Of a DNA stretch of 64,000 nucleotides, positions 29,418 through 39,711 are shown one piece after another. Position numbers and translations under genes: made by a program. Origin of the DNA: Alphaproteobacteria bacterium (GTDB lineage Bacteria; Pseudomonadota; Alphaproteobacteria; GM7ARS4; G965262615); NCBI GenBank assembly GCA_965262615.1, contig OZ253545.1, positions 1,184,001 through 1,248,000 on the forward strand. Reading direction: 5' to 3'. Position 1 is the stretch's first letter; each line of letters opens with the position of its first letter. The notes under the pieces are model-generated. The model ran no database searches. It was not told the DNA's origin and was given only the letters and a program-made list of their open reading frames with translations.

Positions 29418-31572
29418 TGAGAAAACTTCTGATGTCATTAAAGGCATTCATGAGTTCTTGCTCATTGATGGCGGTGAATGTGCGCTCATCCCAGTGCTCT
29501 TGTGCCACACAGCGTCTGATGCGCTGATTGACGGCATTGCGGCGGGTATCCACATCTCCCGTTCCTGTGGTCACCACGCCAATGGTAAAGACCATCACCC
29601 CGCGATCTTCCAAATACGGACACACATCGGCATAGGCACGCGCCGACAACTCATTTTGCACACGACTGTTGGATGAGGGATCCCTGCTGGCAAGAATGTC
29701 ATTATCTCTGTTGGCTGTTAAATTGGTCGTTGGTGACATCAGTGCCACATGGCGATAACAAGCCGCCATAGTGGAGCGTCTGTCACCTGTGCCAGTGCAT
29801 CCTGTGGCGTTGGGATTAAAACAATGTTCTTCAACAGTGTCATAATCCAAATAATGTAACGCACTGGACGAATTCGGCGGACGGTGACCCATACAGGGAC
29901 CAAAATTACTCCAGCCATAGGCATGCAGCGTGCCTTTATAACGCCCCGAAGCCAAAGTGTTGGTATAATTGTTCTCCGTCAGATTGATGACATCCCGAGC
30001 GCGCCAACCACCGACCCTTCCCAAATAGGTATCTAATCGTGCAAAGTTGCTGCCCATGGGCGAATTGGCGTAATTGATGGGCATATCAGGTGCCGCCAAG
30101 CCCGCTGAATTGTTGCTCTGCGTCCATTGTCCGCGGCTCTCAAGAGGAAAATTCGATTGACCCGTTCCCACCAAAATCAAAATTTTCATTGCGTGACTGT
30201 CCTCATCGTAAGGCGGCGCATAGCCACTGTACCAAGTGGCATTGCCTCGTGCATTTGTGACAACCTGTGTGGATTGATTGACTCTCGTCAGCCAATGCTG
30301 AACCCAACGAGGCGATAGCATCCGCAAGCCCCATGCCAAGCCCTCCACCAATGCCGCTCCCCCATAAGGCGATGCCAGCTCAATGGTGTCAACAATGAGA
30401 GATTCATTATTCTCCAAAGCCAAAGAAGGCGAATACAGGGGCGAATTGCGATCGAAGTGAGCCCAAGGACTGGATGTATCGGTGGGATCCGGATATCTCC
30501 ATACCTCCAAACAATTCCATTCATACAAATAGTATGGCACCACAGCATTAGAAAAACGAGCCTCTTCAAAAATTCGTGTATAGTTGGCTCCCTCCCGATC
30601 TTTACGATTGTAACCCATCGGCACCATATGAGCGTTCGCTGTCCACAGAGGCACATCATTGACATCCAACAAATCATCCCATCGACGAGTCGTCTGCCGA
30701 GCCGTCCCTGCGCTGTTGGTTGCCGCAAATTGCGGATTATTCCGTGGGCGAGCAAAAAAACAATTGCTCGGATAAATATGCCTATTGCGAAAACCGCCAC
30801 TGGGATAATACCGATTGTTATAAAAAAAGCGAAACTGGGGATAAGCCCGTCTATACAAATGCCATGTCTGCCTCTCATAAAAAGCCACATTCTCATTATA
30901 GAACACCACCCCCATGCGAATTTTTTCGGCGTTAATGCGCGTCTCGTCAAAGGAGTCAAAAACATCCCGCACAAATGCCACAAGACTATCTTGCACATCC
31001 TCAAACAAAGTGCGCCGACAACTGCTGTTGAGGGTAAAGTTATTCGCCAGCGTGGTGGTGCACGGACTATAGGCAGCACCGCCACCATCGGCGGGCGAGC
31101 GCACATTCAAACTGCCAGAGCGTTCCACAACCATCACAATCTCCATGTGACGAGGATCCGTCTGACGAAAGGTGGAGGTCACGGTGGTCTCCAGAGAATC
31201 CAAACCATACAGTGAGGTGAAATAGGCGGGAACATTGATATCAACTCTGCCGGTGATTTGCCTATCGGTGAATGTCACATTGATTGTGGGACGAGCCACG
31301 CCAAAATAGCGCGCAGGGAAATTGGCTCGAAAAACGCCGCCAGCGAAATAGTTCAAGGTCACCTCTCTATCTTCCACCGCCGCCGCCGAAGAGGCGGCTA
31401 ATAAGGCTTTATCCAAAGAGGTCTGTGCTTTATCACGCACCAAATAAAAGCGAGCCACATCCACCGCCGCACCGCCAACACCAATCAATGTCAACGCACT
31501 CAGGGCAAACAATGGTATGATCGCACCGCCGCGCGTCCGCCATAAACGCTGAAAATATCTCATCATCAACAA
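29395..31572 (-). CDS. tadG: TadG-like pilus-associated protein with vWA-like domain and large insertions
   Basis: Prepilin-like RGGAIIPLFAL; AVDVAR...QTSLDKALLA; EIVMVVERSGS; GLAWGLRMLSP; VFTIGV. Confidence 0.75.
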   Translation of the reverse strand: MLMMRYFQRLWRTRGGAIIPLFALSALTLIGVGGAAVDVARFYLVRDKAQTSLDKALLAASSAAAVEDREVTLNYFAGGVFRANFPARYFGVARPTINVTFTDRQITGRVDINVPAYFTSLYGLDSLETTVTSTFRQTDPRHMEIVMVVERSGSLNVRSPADGGGAAYSPCTTTLANNFTLNSSCRRTLFEDVQDSLVAFVRDVFDSFDETRINAEKIRMGVVFYNENVAFYERQTWHLYRRAYPQFRFFYNNRYYPSGGFRNRHIYPSNCFFARPRNNPQFAATNSAGTARQTTRRWDDLLDVNDVPLWTANAHMVPMGYNRKDREGANYTRIFEEARFSNAVVPYYLYEWNCLEVWRYPDPTDTSSPWAHFDRNSPLYSPSLALENNESLIVDTIELASPYGGAALVEGLAWGLRMLSPRWVQHWLTRVNQSTQVVTNARGNATWYSGYAPPYDEDSHAMKILILVGTGQSNFPLESRGQWTQSNNSAGLAAPDMPINYANSPMGSNFARLDTYLGRVGGWRARDVINLTENNYTNTLASGRYKGTLHAYGWSNFGPCMGHRPPNSSSALHYLDYDTVEEHCFNPNATGCTGTGDRRSTMAACYRHVALMSPTTNLTANRDNDILASRDPSSNSRVQNELSARAYADVCPYLEDRGVMVFTIGVVTTGTGDVDTRRNAVNQRIRRCVAQEHWDERTFTAINEQELMNAFNDIRSFLITPRFVD

Positions 31573-32258
31573 ACCCTCGCCGTATTGTCGGTCTCTACCG
31601 TGACTGTTTTAGAAAAAGCAGAGTAGCTGGACCCTCTGTGAATGGTAAACGCAGGACCCGCCGCAATCAAAGTGGGCATGGACACAACAAAATTCCAATA
31701 GGCTTCATAGCGAGCCCATGCCTCCACAACAATGGCTTTGATGCGACCGTCACGAATCACAAATTCGTCATTACCCCCAATCAAATCCATAATGCGCGCC
31801 CCATAATCGGGAAGAGCCGATTCGTTATAAATTTTTCCTGTGGGCGCATAAAAACTGGAGCGTTTGAGCTTGCCTTTGCTAAAGCTGTAAATCACCCGCA
31901 TGCCACTCACCAGAACGCCGTCTTCTTCGGCATCATAGGCATCATCGGCAAATTCCACAATGGCAATGTTGAGCTGATGGCGATTTTCATCCACAGGACT
32001 CTTAAACGGACGATCCCGATGGATGTAGTTAAAAAAATAGTAGGCATGATCCAAATCACAATAGGTAATGTCTCGCTTGAGAACGAGGTCATCGGCAATC
32101 AGATTGACCATATTCTCAAGATCATTGTGCAAGCGCACCAGATAAAAAAGATCGGTAGAGAGCATGATGATGAACAACAAAGACGGCAAAATCAGAGCAA
32201 ATTCCACCATCGCCGCCCCACACCGATGAGTAAAAAAACGGCGCACCAACGACATCAC
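31566..32258 (-). CDS. TadE/TadF-like pseudopilin
   Basis: GAAMVEFALILP class III signal. Confidence 0.85.
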   Translation of the reverse strand: MMSLVRRFFTHRCGAAMVEFALILPSLLFIIMLSTDLFYLVRLHNDLENMVNLIADDLVLKRDITYCDLDHAYYFFNYIHRDRPFKSPVDENRHQLNIAIVEFADDAYDAEEDGVLVSGMRVIYSFSKGKLKRSSFYAPTGKIYNESALPDYGARIMDLIGGNDEFVIRDGRIKAIVVEAWARYEAYWNFVVSMPTLIAAGPAFTIHRGSSYSAFSKTVTVETDNTARVC

Positions 32259-32737
32259 GGCTCTCGCAACAGCACCGTGTAGGCGCGCACATCCACAAGC
32301 TCGCCCATAAAGGGCACTGCCGTACTGATGGGATACTCATAGAAAATTTCATAGGTAATCAGACTGCGTCCCCCCTGAGAAAACACCTCCGCTCCCAAAG
32401 ACTCCATCATCGCCTGAGTGGGCACATGGCTGCTGGCAGCCTCCACAGAATCAAATTGATAGCTGGAAATTTTGATGTCATCCATGATGAAAAATCCTGG
32501 CAGTCTTGGCTCAAGAAGCGTTCGCACGCCATCGCTGCTCTGGCAGAGTGTATCGGTTCTTGAGCCTGTTCCCAATTGAGCGGCACATGCGCGTCCCACA
32601 TCTCGCACCGCCCCTTCCAATGTGCTGTAGGTGAACACCCAAAAACCCAACAACAACGCCAGCAAAAAAAGGGAAAAAAACATCGTTCCCACAAGAGCAA
32701 ATTCTACCAAAACCGAGCCTTGCCGTCCCATCATCAA
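32255..32737 (-). CDS. tadE: TadE-like pseudopilin
   Basis: RQGSVLVEFALV; C-terminal REP. Confidence 0.85.
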   Translation of the reverse strand: MMMGRQGSVLVEFALVGTMFFSLFLLALLLGFWVFTYSTLEGAVRDVGRACAAQLGTGSRTDTLCQSSDGVRTLLEPRLPGFFIMDDIKISSYQFDSVEAASSHVPTQAMMESLGAEVFSQGGRSLITYEIFYEYPISTAVPFMGELVDVRAYTVLLREP

Positions 32738-33672
32738 TTGAACACTTCAAGAATACGAATCACCCCCGGGCCCAAAACCACAATAAACAACAACGGCAGC
32801 AAAAACAGAACCATCGGAATGGTGAGCATCACAGGAGCGCGCGCCGCCCATGCCTCAGCCCGCAGAACACGCAGATTGCGCATCTCTTCACTCATGACAC
32901 CAAAAGTCTCCGACAGCGATGTCCCATATTTCTCCGCCTGAATCACACTGGATGCTAGAACACGAACCTCTTCAATATTCAGACGATCCGCAAGACGCTT
33001 GAGTGCCATCTCTCGTTCTCGCAAAATCTGCATTTCCGTCAAAGTGAGCTGCAACTCGTCATTAATTTCTCGCATATAGTCATGAGGTTCAACCAGCAGT
33101 CTCTGAAGTGCGCCCTCAAAGGTCATGCCGGAGCGGATGCAAATGAGGATAATGTCCACCACATCAGGCAACACCTTGCGGATGCGCTCCTGACGAGATT
33201 TTGCCATACTCTCAGCCACAATATTCACCAAAATACTGCCGCCAATCGCCCCCGAAAAAATAAAAACATAGCTCATCGTATTAAAGGATTGCTGAGTAAA
33301 AATGATAATGAGCAACACCACAGCGGCAAGAGAAGTGGCGGTAATCAATTTAATCAGCACAAACACCGTGAGCGCATCCTCACTGCGATATCCCGCCGTC
33401 ACCAACGGCGCGCGCGCCTTTTCCACCTCTCGCTGTCCCAGAACCGCCACAGGATTGACTTTACGGGAAAGTTTTTTGAAGCTTTCCCATAGATTATCGC
33501 CCGCCGCGCGATCTCCCGGACCCATATCCTTATTGCGCTTAATGCGAGCAATGCGCTCTTCCAAAGGGGTTTGCTCAATCAGAAATTGCTGAACGAGAAT
33601 GACGACTCCCATCAAAAAAAAGACCAACAATGCAAGGGTCAGCAGTGGATTATCTTGCAATTCAATTCCCAT
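32734..33672 (-). CDS. tadC: Tad inner-membrane platform protein TadC
   Basis: LPDVVD...SGMTFE, QAEKYGTSL and IPMVLFLLP motifs. Confidence 0.93.
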   Translation of the reverse strand: MGIELQDNPLLTLALLVFFLMGVVILVQQFLIEQTPLEERIARIKRNKDMGPGDRAAGDNLWESFKKLSRKVNPVAVLGQREVEKARAPLVTAGYRSEDALTVFVLIKLITATSLAAVVLLIIIFTQQSFNTMSYVFIFSGAIGGSILVNIVAESMAKSRQERIRKVLPDVVDIILICIRSGMTFEGALQRLLVEPHDYMREINDELQLTLTEMQILREREMALKRLADRLNIEEVRVLASSVIQAEKYGTSLSETFGVMSEEMRNLRVLRAEAWAARAPVMLTIPMVLFLLPLLFIVVLGPGVIRILEVFN

Positions 33673-34676
33673 TAAAAACGCTCCTTCATGATAATATTCA
33701 TGGTGGTAATTGCCATGACAATCAAGCCCCCCGCCGCCATGAGCATGTAGTTTCCTAACTCCGTATTAAAGAGGGGATCAAAATATCCGGGCTGCAGCAA
33801 AGACACCAATCCAAAAACAGCCAGCGGCATGGCAAACACCACATAGCCACTGGCTCTGATTTGCGATGTTTGCGATTTGAGCTTTTCGTTGATTTCAATG
33901 CGTTTGCGCATCATATCGGCAAGGCGACTGAGACTCTCACTGATATTACCCCCCGCCTGCTGCTGCACACTGATGGCGGTGATAAAGAGTCTGAATTCAA
34001 TCAGTCGCATCTCCTCGCCCACTCGTCTGAGAGCTTCATCCACCCCCATCCCCAGCATCACAAAGGAGCTGACCTTGCGAAACAGACTGCTGATGGGATC
34101 TTCAAAATTATCGGCAATCAGATGCACCTGTGTCGCGAGCGGCAACCCAGAGCGCACACCGCGAATGATGAAATCCAAAACACTGGGAAAGGTCAAGAGA
34201 AACGCTCGCATTTTGCGATTTTCGCGACGGCGCAGATACCCACTGAAGATAAAAAACGCCAGCCCATACCCCGCAAGCAAGGCGGCTCCCGTGCCCAATC
34301 CAAAGCGCAGTGTGCCAACCGCCGACACAAGCAACGCACTGACATTAAACATAATAATAAATCCTGTCGCGCTCATTTCAATATCGGCGCGAACGAGCTT
34401 TGTCTGAAATTCCTCCATGTATTGCTTGATAATATTATCACCGCCAAAGCTATAATGGCTTTCCTGTGCTCTTTTGGTTCTCTCGCGCGTTTTTTCAAAA
34501 GCGATGGCGTACTCGTCTTCTCGCAAACGCTCCATGAGGATGTCTTTTTTGCTTTCCGGCTTGAGAATCAGGAGGCTTCCTATGATCATGCCGCCCACAA
34601 TCAACATGCCAACTAAAATTAAAGGGTCAATACCCAAGAGTAAGGGATCTATACCTAAGATTGAGAGGCTCATCAA
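33672..34676 (-). CDS. tadB: Tad inner-membrane platform protein TadB
   Basis: FPSVLDFIIRGVRSGLPL and QQQAGGNISE motifs. Confidence 0.93.
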   Translation of the reverse strand: MMSLSILGIDPLLLGIDPLILVGMLIVGGMIIGSLLILKPESKKDILMERLREDEYAIAFEKTRERTKRAQESHYSFGGDNIIKQYMEEFQTKLVRADIEMSATGFIIMFNVSALLVSAVGTLRFGLGTGAALLAGYGLAFFIFSGYLRRRENRKMRAFLLTFPSVLDFIIRGVRSGLPLATQVHLIADNFEDPISSLFRKVSSFVMLGMGVDEALRRVGEEMRLIEFRLFITAISVQQQAGGNISESLSRLADMMRKRIEINEKLKSQTSQIRASGYVVFAMPLAVFGLVSLLQPGYFDPLFNTELGNYMLMAAGGLIVMAITTMNIIMKERF

Positions 34677-36115
34677 ACGACACCCATAACTTTGATGAGT
34701 TCGTTTTCTACGCCGAAGTAACGGGCTCTCTCATAAAATCGTGGTTTGAGTCCCGCCGACTCAAAGCTGCCATTGAGCACGCCTTCGGAGTCTTCTCCTT
34801 CAAATTTATAAGTAAAGAGTGGTTGGGTGACCATGGATTCCCCTTCCATTCCCAGCACTTCAGTGATGGAAGAAATGCGTCTGACGCCGTCTCGCATGCG
34901 TTCCACATAGACCACCATATCAAGGGCATTGGTGATGTATTGGCGCACGACGGCAATAGGGAGATTCATGCCTGTTTGTGCCATCATGTTCTCCACTCTG
35001 GCGAGTGTGTCACGCGGATTATTGGCGTGAATGGTTGCCATGGAGCCATCATGTCCTGTGTTCATGGCTTGGAGCATATCAAAGATTTCTGCGCCCCTGA
35101 CCTCTCCCACAATGATGCGATCAGGACGCATCCGCAAAGCATTGCGCACCAGTTCTCTGATATCAATTCCTCCCACGCCCTCTTGATTGGAAGCGCGACA
35201 CTCAAGCCGCACCACATGAGGCTGCTGCATTTGCAGTTCCAGTGTGTCCTCCACCGTGAGGATGCGCTGAGTGGGATCAATTTTCTGCGACAGGGCATTG
35301 AGAACGGTTGTTTTGCCTGCGCCGGTGCCGCCAGCCACCAAAATATTGAGACGGCACACACTGGCAACATCCATCAGACGCGCCATCGCCTGAGAAATGC
35401 TGCCATTTTTCACCAAGGTATCCAGCATAATGGCATGCTTGCCAAACTTACGAATAGACAAATACGGACCGTCCGATGCCACAGGCGGCAGGGCAATATG
35501 AACACGAGAGCCGTCCGGCAGACGAGCATCCGTCAAAGGACTGGATTCATCAACATGGCGACCCACCAAAACCGCAATGCGCTGCGAAATATTCATCAAA
35601 TGGGATTGATCGCGAAAATGAACATTGGTGAGCTCCATCTTACCCCTGCGCTCCACATACACTTTATCGGGACCATTGATCAAAATATCGTTGATGCCAT
35701 CATCGGCGAGCAAATCATCCAAAGGACCAAAGCCCAGCATGTCTTTGACCAAGCTATCGGTGATGGCATCTTGCTGTTTTTGTCCGATGGGAATGTTATT
35801 GATGGTGGCAATATTGCCCACCAGTGCCGCAATGGTGTCACGCAAATCTTCCCGCGAGAGCTGGGATATATCTTCGGGATTAATCTGAGATATGACCGAT
35901 TGATAGATTAAATCGCGCGTGGGACGATCCACCGAATTGATGGCACTGGAATCTCGCCATGCTTCGGCTTCATTTTCATACACATCCACCAAGCGATCAT
36001 CCACAGGAGGTGGAGCCTCTTGCCGCGCCTGAGTCGCCTCCGAGGCGGTGGGTGTTTCTTCTATCTCTTCTTGCCCCGCAACAGGGACAACAGCTGTTTT
36101 ACGTCCAAACCCCAT
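34673..36115 (-). CDS. cpaF: Tad/Cpa assembly ATPase
   Basis: [24 protein letters not shown] and AMNTGHDGS motifs. Confidence 0.97.
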   Translation of the reverse strand: MGFGRKTAVVPVAGQEEIEETPTASEATQARQEAPPPVDDRLVDVYENEAEAWRDSSAINSVDRPTRDLIYQSVISQINPEDISQLSREDLRDTIAALVGNIATINNIPIGQKQQDAITDSLVKDMLGFGPLDDLLADDGINDILINGPDKVYVERRGKMELTNVHFRDQSHLMNISQRIAVLVGRHVDESSPLTDARLPDGSRVHIALPPVASDGPYLSIRKFGKHAIMLDTLVKNGSISQAMARLMDVASVCRLNILVAGGTGAGKTTVLNALSQKIDPTQRILTVEDTLELQMQQPHVVRLECRASNQEGVGGIDIRELVRNALRMRPDRIIVGEVRGAEIFDMLQAMNTGHDGSMATIHANNPRDTLARVENMMAQTGMNLPIAVVRQYITNALDMVVYVERMRDGVRRISSITEVLGMEGESMVTQPLFTYKFEGEDSEGVLNGSFESAGLKPRFYERARYFGVENELIKVMGVV

Positions 36116-36149
36116 AGAAGACCTCTTGTGAGATAACAACAGTCATCCC

Positions 36150-36178
36150 ATTGTAAGAATTCCCCGACTCAATTGCAA
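36150..36178 (-). promoter_or_regulatory. Internal sigma70-like promoter for cpaF-tadBC-tadEFG
   Basis: TTGCAA-17bp-TACAAT on the minus strand. Confidence 0.6.
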
Positions 36179-36201
36179 GACAGCAGAATGTCATGGTTTT
36201 G

Positions 36202-37407
36202 CTAGGATGTGAGTCGTCCGAGAACGCCACCGAGCAATCCTCCTTGCCGACGCACATGGCGACCCCCGACATCTTGAGTCAGGCGATGGGCAGACGCATA
36301 CAGCGAACTGCCGCGATTGGTAAAAATACCACCCTTGTTGATAGAGTCCAAAGCGGCGGTATCAAAGCGAACGATATGATCCACCTGATGACCGGTAATA
36401 TCGCTGAATTGAGCGGTAGTCACCTCGCCGTATTTGTAGAGTCCCACCTTGTTCATGACCACAATAATGCGCGCTCGCGTCTTGTAGGTGACCACCAAAT
36501 GATGCAAAGACTCAACCGCATTGCGCAAACTGATGACATCAGGTGTGAAAGTGATCACAATGGTCTGAGCACAATCCACCGCCGCCCGCACCGCCAGATG
36601 ATTCCAGCGAGGAATTTCCATCACCGCATAGCGAAAGCGCGCCCCAAGGCGGCGCACCAATTCATTGTAACCGCGCAAAGTCAAACCAGAGAAATTCTGT
36701 GACTGCACCGAACCGCTCAAGACCGCCAACCGATCGCTCACCGCATCCATGGAGCGATCCACAAAAATTTTATCCACCCGATCGGGATGCTCCAACGCAT
36801 CACTCATGCCCTCAGACAACTGGCGATTGAGCATATGAGCCACCGAACCGTACAAAATATCAAAGTCCACCAAAGCCGTATAATACTTGCTCTCCTCGGC
36901 AAGCATCCAGGCACAGGTGGTGGCAAGAGTCGTCGAGCCGCAGCCGCCAGAAGTCCCGATAAACGCCACAACCTTGTTGACCTTCTGTCCCCCAGAGCGT
37001 TCATCAAAGGCATCATACAAGCTCTCCGTTGCCAACGGATGCACGATATAATCCTTAATCCCCAGATTGATTAGTTCCCGATACAGAGTGATGTCCTGAG
37101 TGTCTCCCAGCACCACCACCGTCACACTGGGATCACACACATCAGCCAGTTCCAACAGCTCACGGGTGACATCACGCTTGTCGGCAATATCCACAATGAG
37201 AAAAGACGGAGACGGTTTTTCAGCAAGATAGCGAACCGCCTGACGAATCCCCCCTTTGTTCAAGCCAATAATGGGAATGCTGGTGTTGTCGGCAAACGAT
37301 TGAATCGCTCCGACCGCATCACTGCGCTGCACAAAGGCAAGAATCCCTTCTTGCACCTTTCCCAGTGCGCTCTTTCTATTAGCACTTTGTGTTTTTGCCT
37401 CTGCCAT
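36202..37407 (-). CDS. cpaE: Pilus localisation protein CpaE/TadZ
   Basis: Atypical receiver domain followed by MinD-like GTSGGCGSTT. Confidence 0.9.
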   Translation of the reverse strand: MAEAKTQSANRKSALGKVQEGILAFVQRSDAVGAIQSFADNTSIPIIGLNKGGIRQAVRYLAEKPSPSFLIVDIADKRDVTRELLELADVCDPSVTVVVLGDTQDITLYRELINLGIKDYIVHPLATESLYDAFDERSGGQKVNKVVAFIGTSGGCGSTTLATTCAWMLAEESKYYTALVDFDILYGSVAHMLNRQLSEGMSDALEHPDRVDKIFVDRSMDAVSDRLAVLSGSVQSQNFSGLTLRGYNELVRRLGARFRYAVMEIPRWNHLAVRAAVDCAQTIVITFTPDVISLRNAVESLHHLVVTYKTRARIIVVMNKVGLYKYGEVTTAQFSDITGHQVDHIVRFDTAALDSINKGGIFTNRGSSLYASAHRLTQDVGGRHVRRQGGLLGGVLGRLTS

Positions 37408-37437
37408 CGGATGCTTTCCTTTCCTTGTTCTTGGTGC

Positions 37438-37466
37438 ACTGTATCACAAATCTATCACACAATGAA
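37438..37466 (-). promoter_or_regulatory. Candidate cpaE promoter with 11-bp-period TGTGATA direct repeat
   Basis: TTCATT-17-TACAGT; TATCACA at 37442 and 37453 on the plus strand. Confidence 0.4.
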
Positions 37467-37503
37467 CAAATGGTGGAATTTTTTATTCATTATTCATTGT
37501 TAT

Positions 37504-38163
37504 TCATTGTTCACCCTCACCGAATTCGGCAAGGGTCTCAGAGGCATATCCGGCGGCGGGCAAGTCCAGATTTCTGCCTTGCATGAGATCCCGTGGCGAG
37601 GATGCCATCAATGCCCGATTGGTGGCATCGGTGCACCCAATGGAGGGACTCATGCCACTGGTGTTGCGTCCCGCTTGAAAGGAAAAATCCATGCCAATGC
37701 ACTCAGGAGGAACGACAATGTAGCGATCCAACCCCAACAAAATGGATGAGCCATCAGAGACTGCCACAGGCGCATTGAGCAAATGACCCACAGGGCGTCC
37801 ATGGTCTGTCTCAGAGATGTGGGGGGCGCGCACGCCTTGCTTTTTCAAATATTTTTTAATCTGTGTCACGGCTCGTTTCATGTCATCCACATACGCGCCG
37901 CCGGGCAGACGCGTCATCCGCACATAGAGTTTTTTTGCCTCCCCCATTGATTCCATGATGCTGCTCACATAAGCCAGTTGATAGTCAAGATTCGTCCCCT
38001 CACTCACATTGACAAACATGCTGACCGTCACCTTCTGAAAGGTGGGCTTGAATTCCTCATTGAGCAATTGATTGCTATCGGGATATCGCCCCACACAAGA
38101 AATCATCGTGAGGGCGAGTATGAGACAGAGACCATGCAAAGGACGGGAAAAGGTCATCATCAT
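37504..38163 (-). CDS. cpaD: CpaD family pilus lipoprotein
   Basis: Lipobox-like MISC; PPEC...GCTDATNRALMASSPRDL. Confidence 0.8.
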   Translation of the reverse strand: MMMTFSRPLHGLCLILALTMISCVGRYPDSNQLLNEEFKPTFQKVTVSMFVNVSEGTNLDYQLAYVSSIMESMGEAKKLYVRMTRLPGGAYVDDMKRAVTQIKKYLKKQGVRAPHISETDHGRPVGHLLNAPVAVSDGSSILLGLDRYIVVPPECIGMDFSFQAGRNTSGMSPSIGCTDATNRALMASSPRDLMQGRNLDLPAAGYASETLAEFGEGEQ

Positions 38164-39711
38164 TTATTCCAGCATAAAGCCACCGATTTCAAGATAGCGC
38201 GGCGCCATGACCACCTGTTCAATGGGCATATCCATGCCTTGATATTCCATGATGCGCCCCGTGAGCCATCGCTCCAATTGCGAATTGAAGCTATACCGCT
38301 CAGCAGGAGAAACCAATGCCTGCTGACTGACGGGCTCTACCAGCAGTGGCGTGACAATAATGACCAGCTCGGTCTCACTGTTTTGAAATGAGTCAGAACG
38401 AAACAATGCTCCCAAAATGGGAATATCCGCCAACCCTGGAAATTGTCTCGTGCCACTGGACATTCTGTTTTGCAGCAATCCGGCGATGGCGAAATTTTGT
38501 CCACTGGCGACTTCCACCACGGTGCTGACGGTTCTCTCGGAAGTGCCCGGCACCCGATTGCCATTGATGGTTTGCGAATAGCTTTCATTGATTTCATTGA
38601 TGTCCGCCTCAATGTTGAGAGAGATTCTGCCACTGGAGAGAATGGTGGGCGTAAAATCAAGCCTGACCCCAATTTCTTTGAATTCCACAGTTCCCGAAAT
38701 AATGGAAACACCGTCACCGCCGCCGCCAGCACCGCCGCCTCCCGCACCGGGAACGGGCACTTCACCGCCCGCAAAAAATTCGGCACTCTCGCCCGATGTG
38801 GTGGTGAGATTGGGCTGAGCCAGAGTCACCAACAAGCCTTCGTCTTCCAAAAGATCCAAAAGGGTATAAAGGGTTCCCCATGGCTTGGTGATGACGGCAA
38901 GCAAAGAATCCAGCACCCCCGCCGCCACAGTGCTGCGATTAAATGCAACAGCAGAACTACCCTCACCGCGCACACCGGTCGCGCCGCCAAAGCCAATCGA
39001 GCCACCCGTATCCTCAAATCCGAGATTGATGGAAATATACTCTCCCACCCGACGAGACACTTCGGCAACACGCACCTGCAAATTGACTTGATTGGCGGCA
39101 TTCACCCGCATCTGATTGATGAGAACCGATTCGGCATCGGCACTATCAAGAACAGAGGATAAATACTGCAAAGCAATCTGTTCTATGAACTCAGCCTGTT
39201 CAGGAGAATCCAGCGTTCCTCGCAGAAGAATTCCTTGCGGTGTGGCGGTGGCTTCCACCTCTATTTCGGGCTCTACCGCGGCAATGAGCTGTTCCAGTTG
39301 CTTGGTATCCACCACCACATGGACATCAAACAACACCGACACCCCCCCTTGGTGATCATAGCCAATGATGGTGGTGCGCCCGGGTCGTCCCGCCTGAATG
39401 TAGAAAGAATTGATGGAATTGACCGTCACATCGGCGACATCGGAATCGGCAACAAATATATCGGACAACGGCTCATCAAAGCGAATCAGTTCAGCCGATG
39501 ACACCGCCACCTCCAACTTTTTATAAACATAATCGGGCTGTTCCGGCATGATGGCGGAATCATCGTTGACAGATTCAGACTGTGCTTCGGTCTGCATGTG
39601 CGTCTTTGTGGTTTGTTGTGCATTTTTGCCTTTTTCCACATCAGCCTGTGCCCACACGGCGGGGGTCATGACAAAAAGACACAGAAGAAATTGAAGGCAA
39701 CGCATCATCAT
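38164..39711 (-). CDS. cpaC: Pilus secretin CpaC/RcpA
   Basis: QVNLQVRVAEVSR, FFAGGEVP, PILGALF and ELVIIVTP motifs. Confidence 0.95.
   Translation of the reverse strand: MMMRCLQFLLCLFVMTPAVWAQADVEKGKNAQQTTKTHMQTEAQSESVNDDSAIMPEQPDYVYKKLEVAVSSAELIRFDEPLSDIFVADSDVADVTVNSINSFYIQAGRPGRTTIIGYDHQGGVSVLFDVHVVVDTKQLEQLIAAVEPEIEVEATATPQGILLRGTLDSPEQAEFIEQIALQYLSSVLDSADAESVLINQMRVNAANQVNLQVRVAEVSRRVGEYISINLGFEDTGGSIGFGGATGVRGEGSSAVAFNRSTVAAGVLDSLLAVITKPWGTLYTLLDLLEDEGLLVTLAQPNLTTTSGESAEFFAGGEVPVPGAGGGGAGGGGDGVSIISGTVEFKEIGVRLDFTPTILSSGRISLNIEADINEINESYSQTINGNRVPGTSERTVSTVVEVASGQNFAIAGLLQNRMSSGTRQFPGLADIPILGALFRSDSFQNSETELVIIVTPLLVEPVSQQALVSPAERYSFNSQLERWLTGRIMEYQGMDMPIEQVVMAPRYLEIGGFMLE

Noticed and set aside
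34661-35911. 416-aa plus-strand ORF
   Set aside because: Antisense shadow of cpaF with no recognisable motifs. The same applies to 7842-8675, 5898-6668, 43258-44058, 54908-55678 and similar ORFs.
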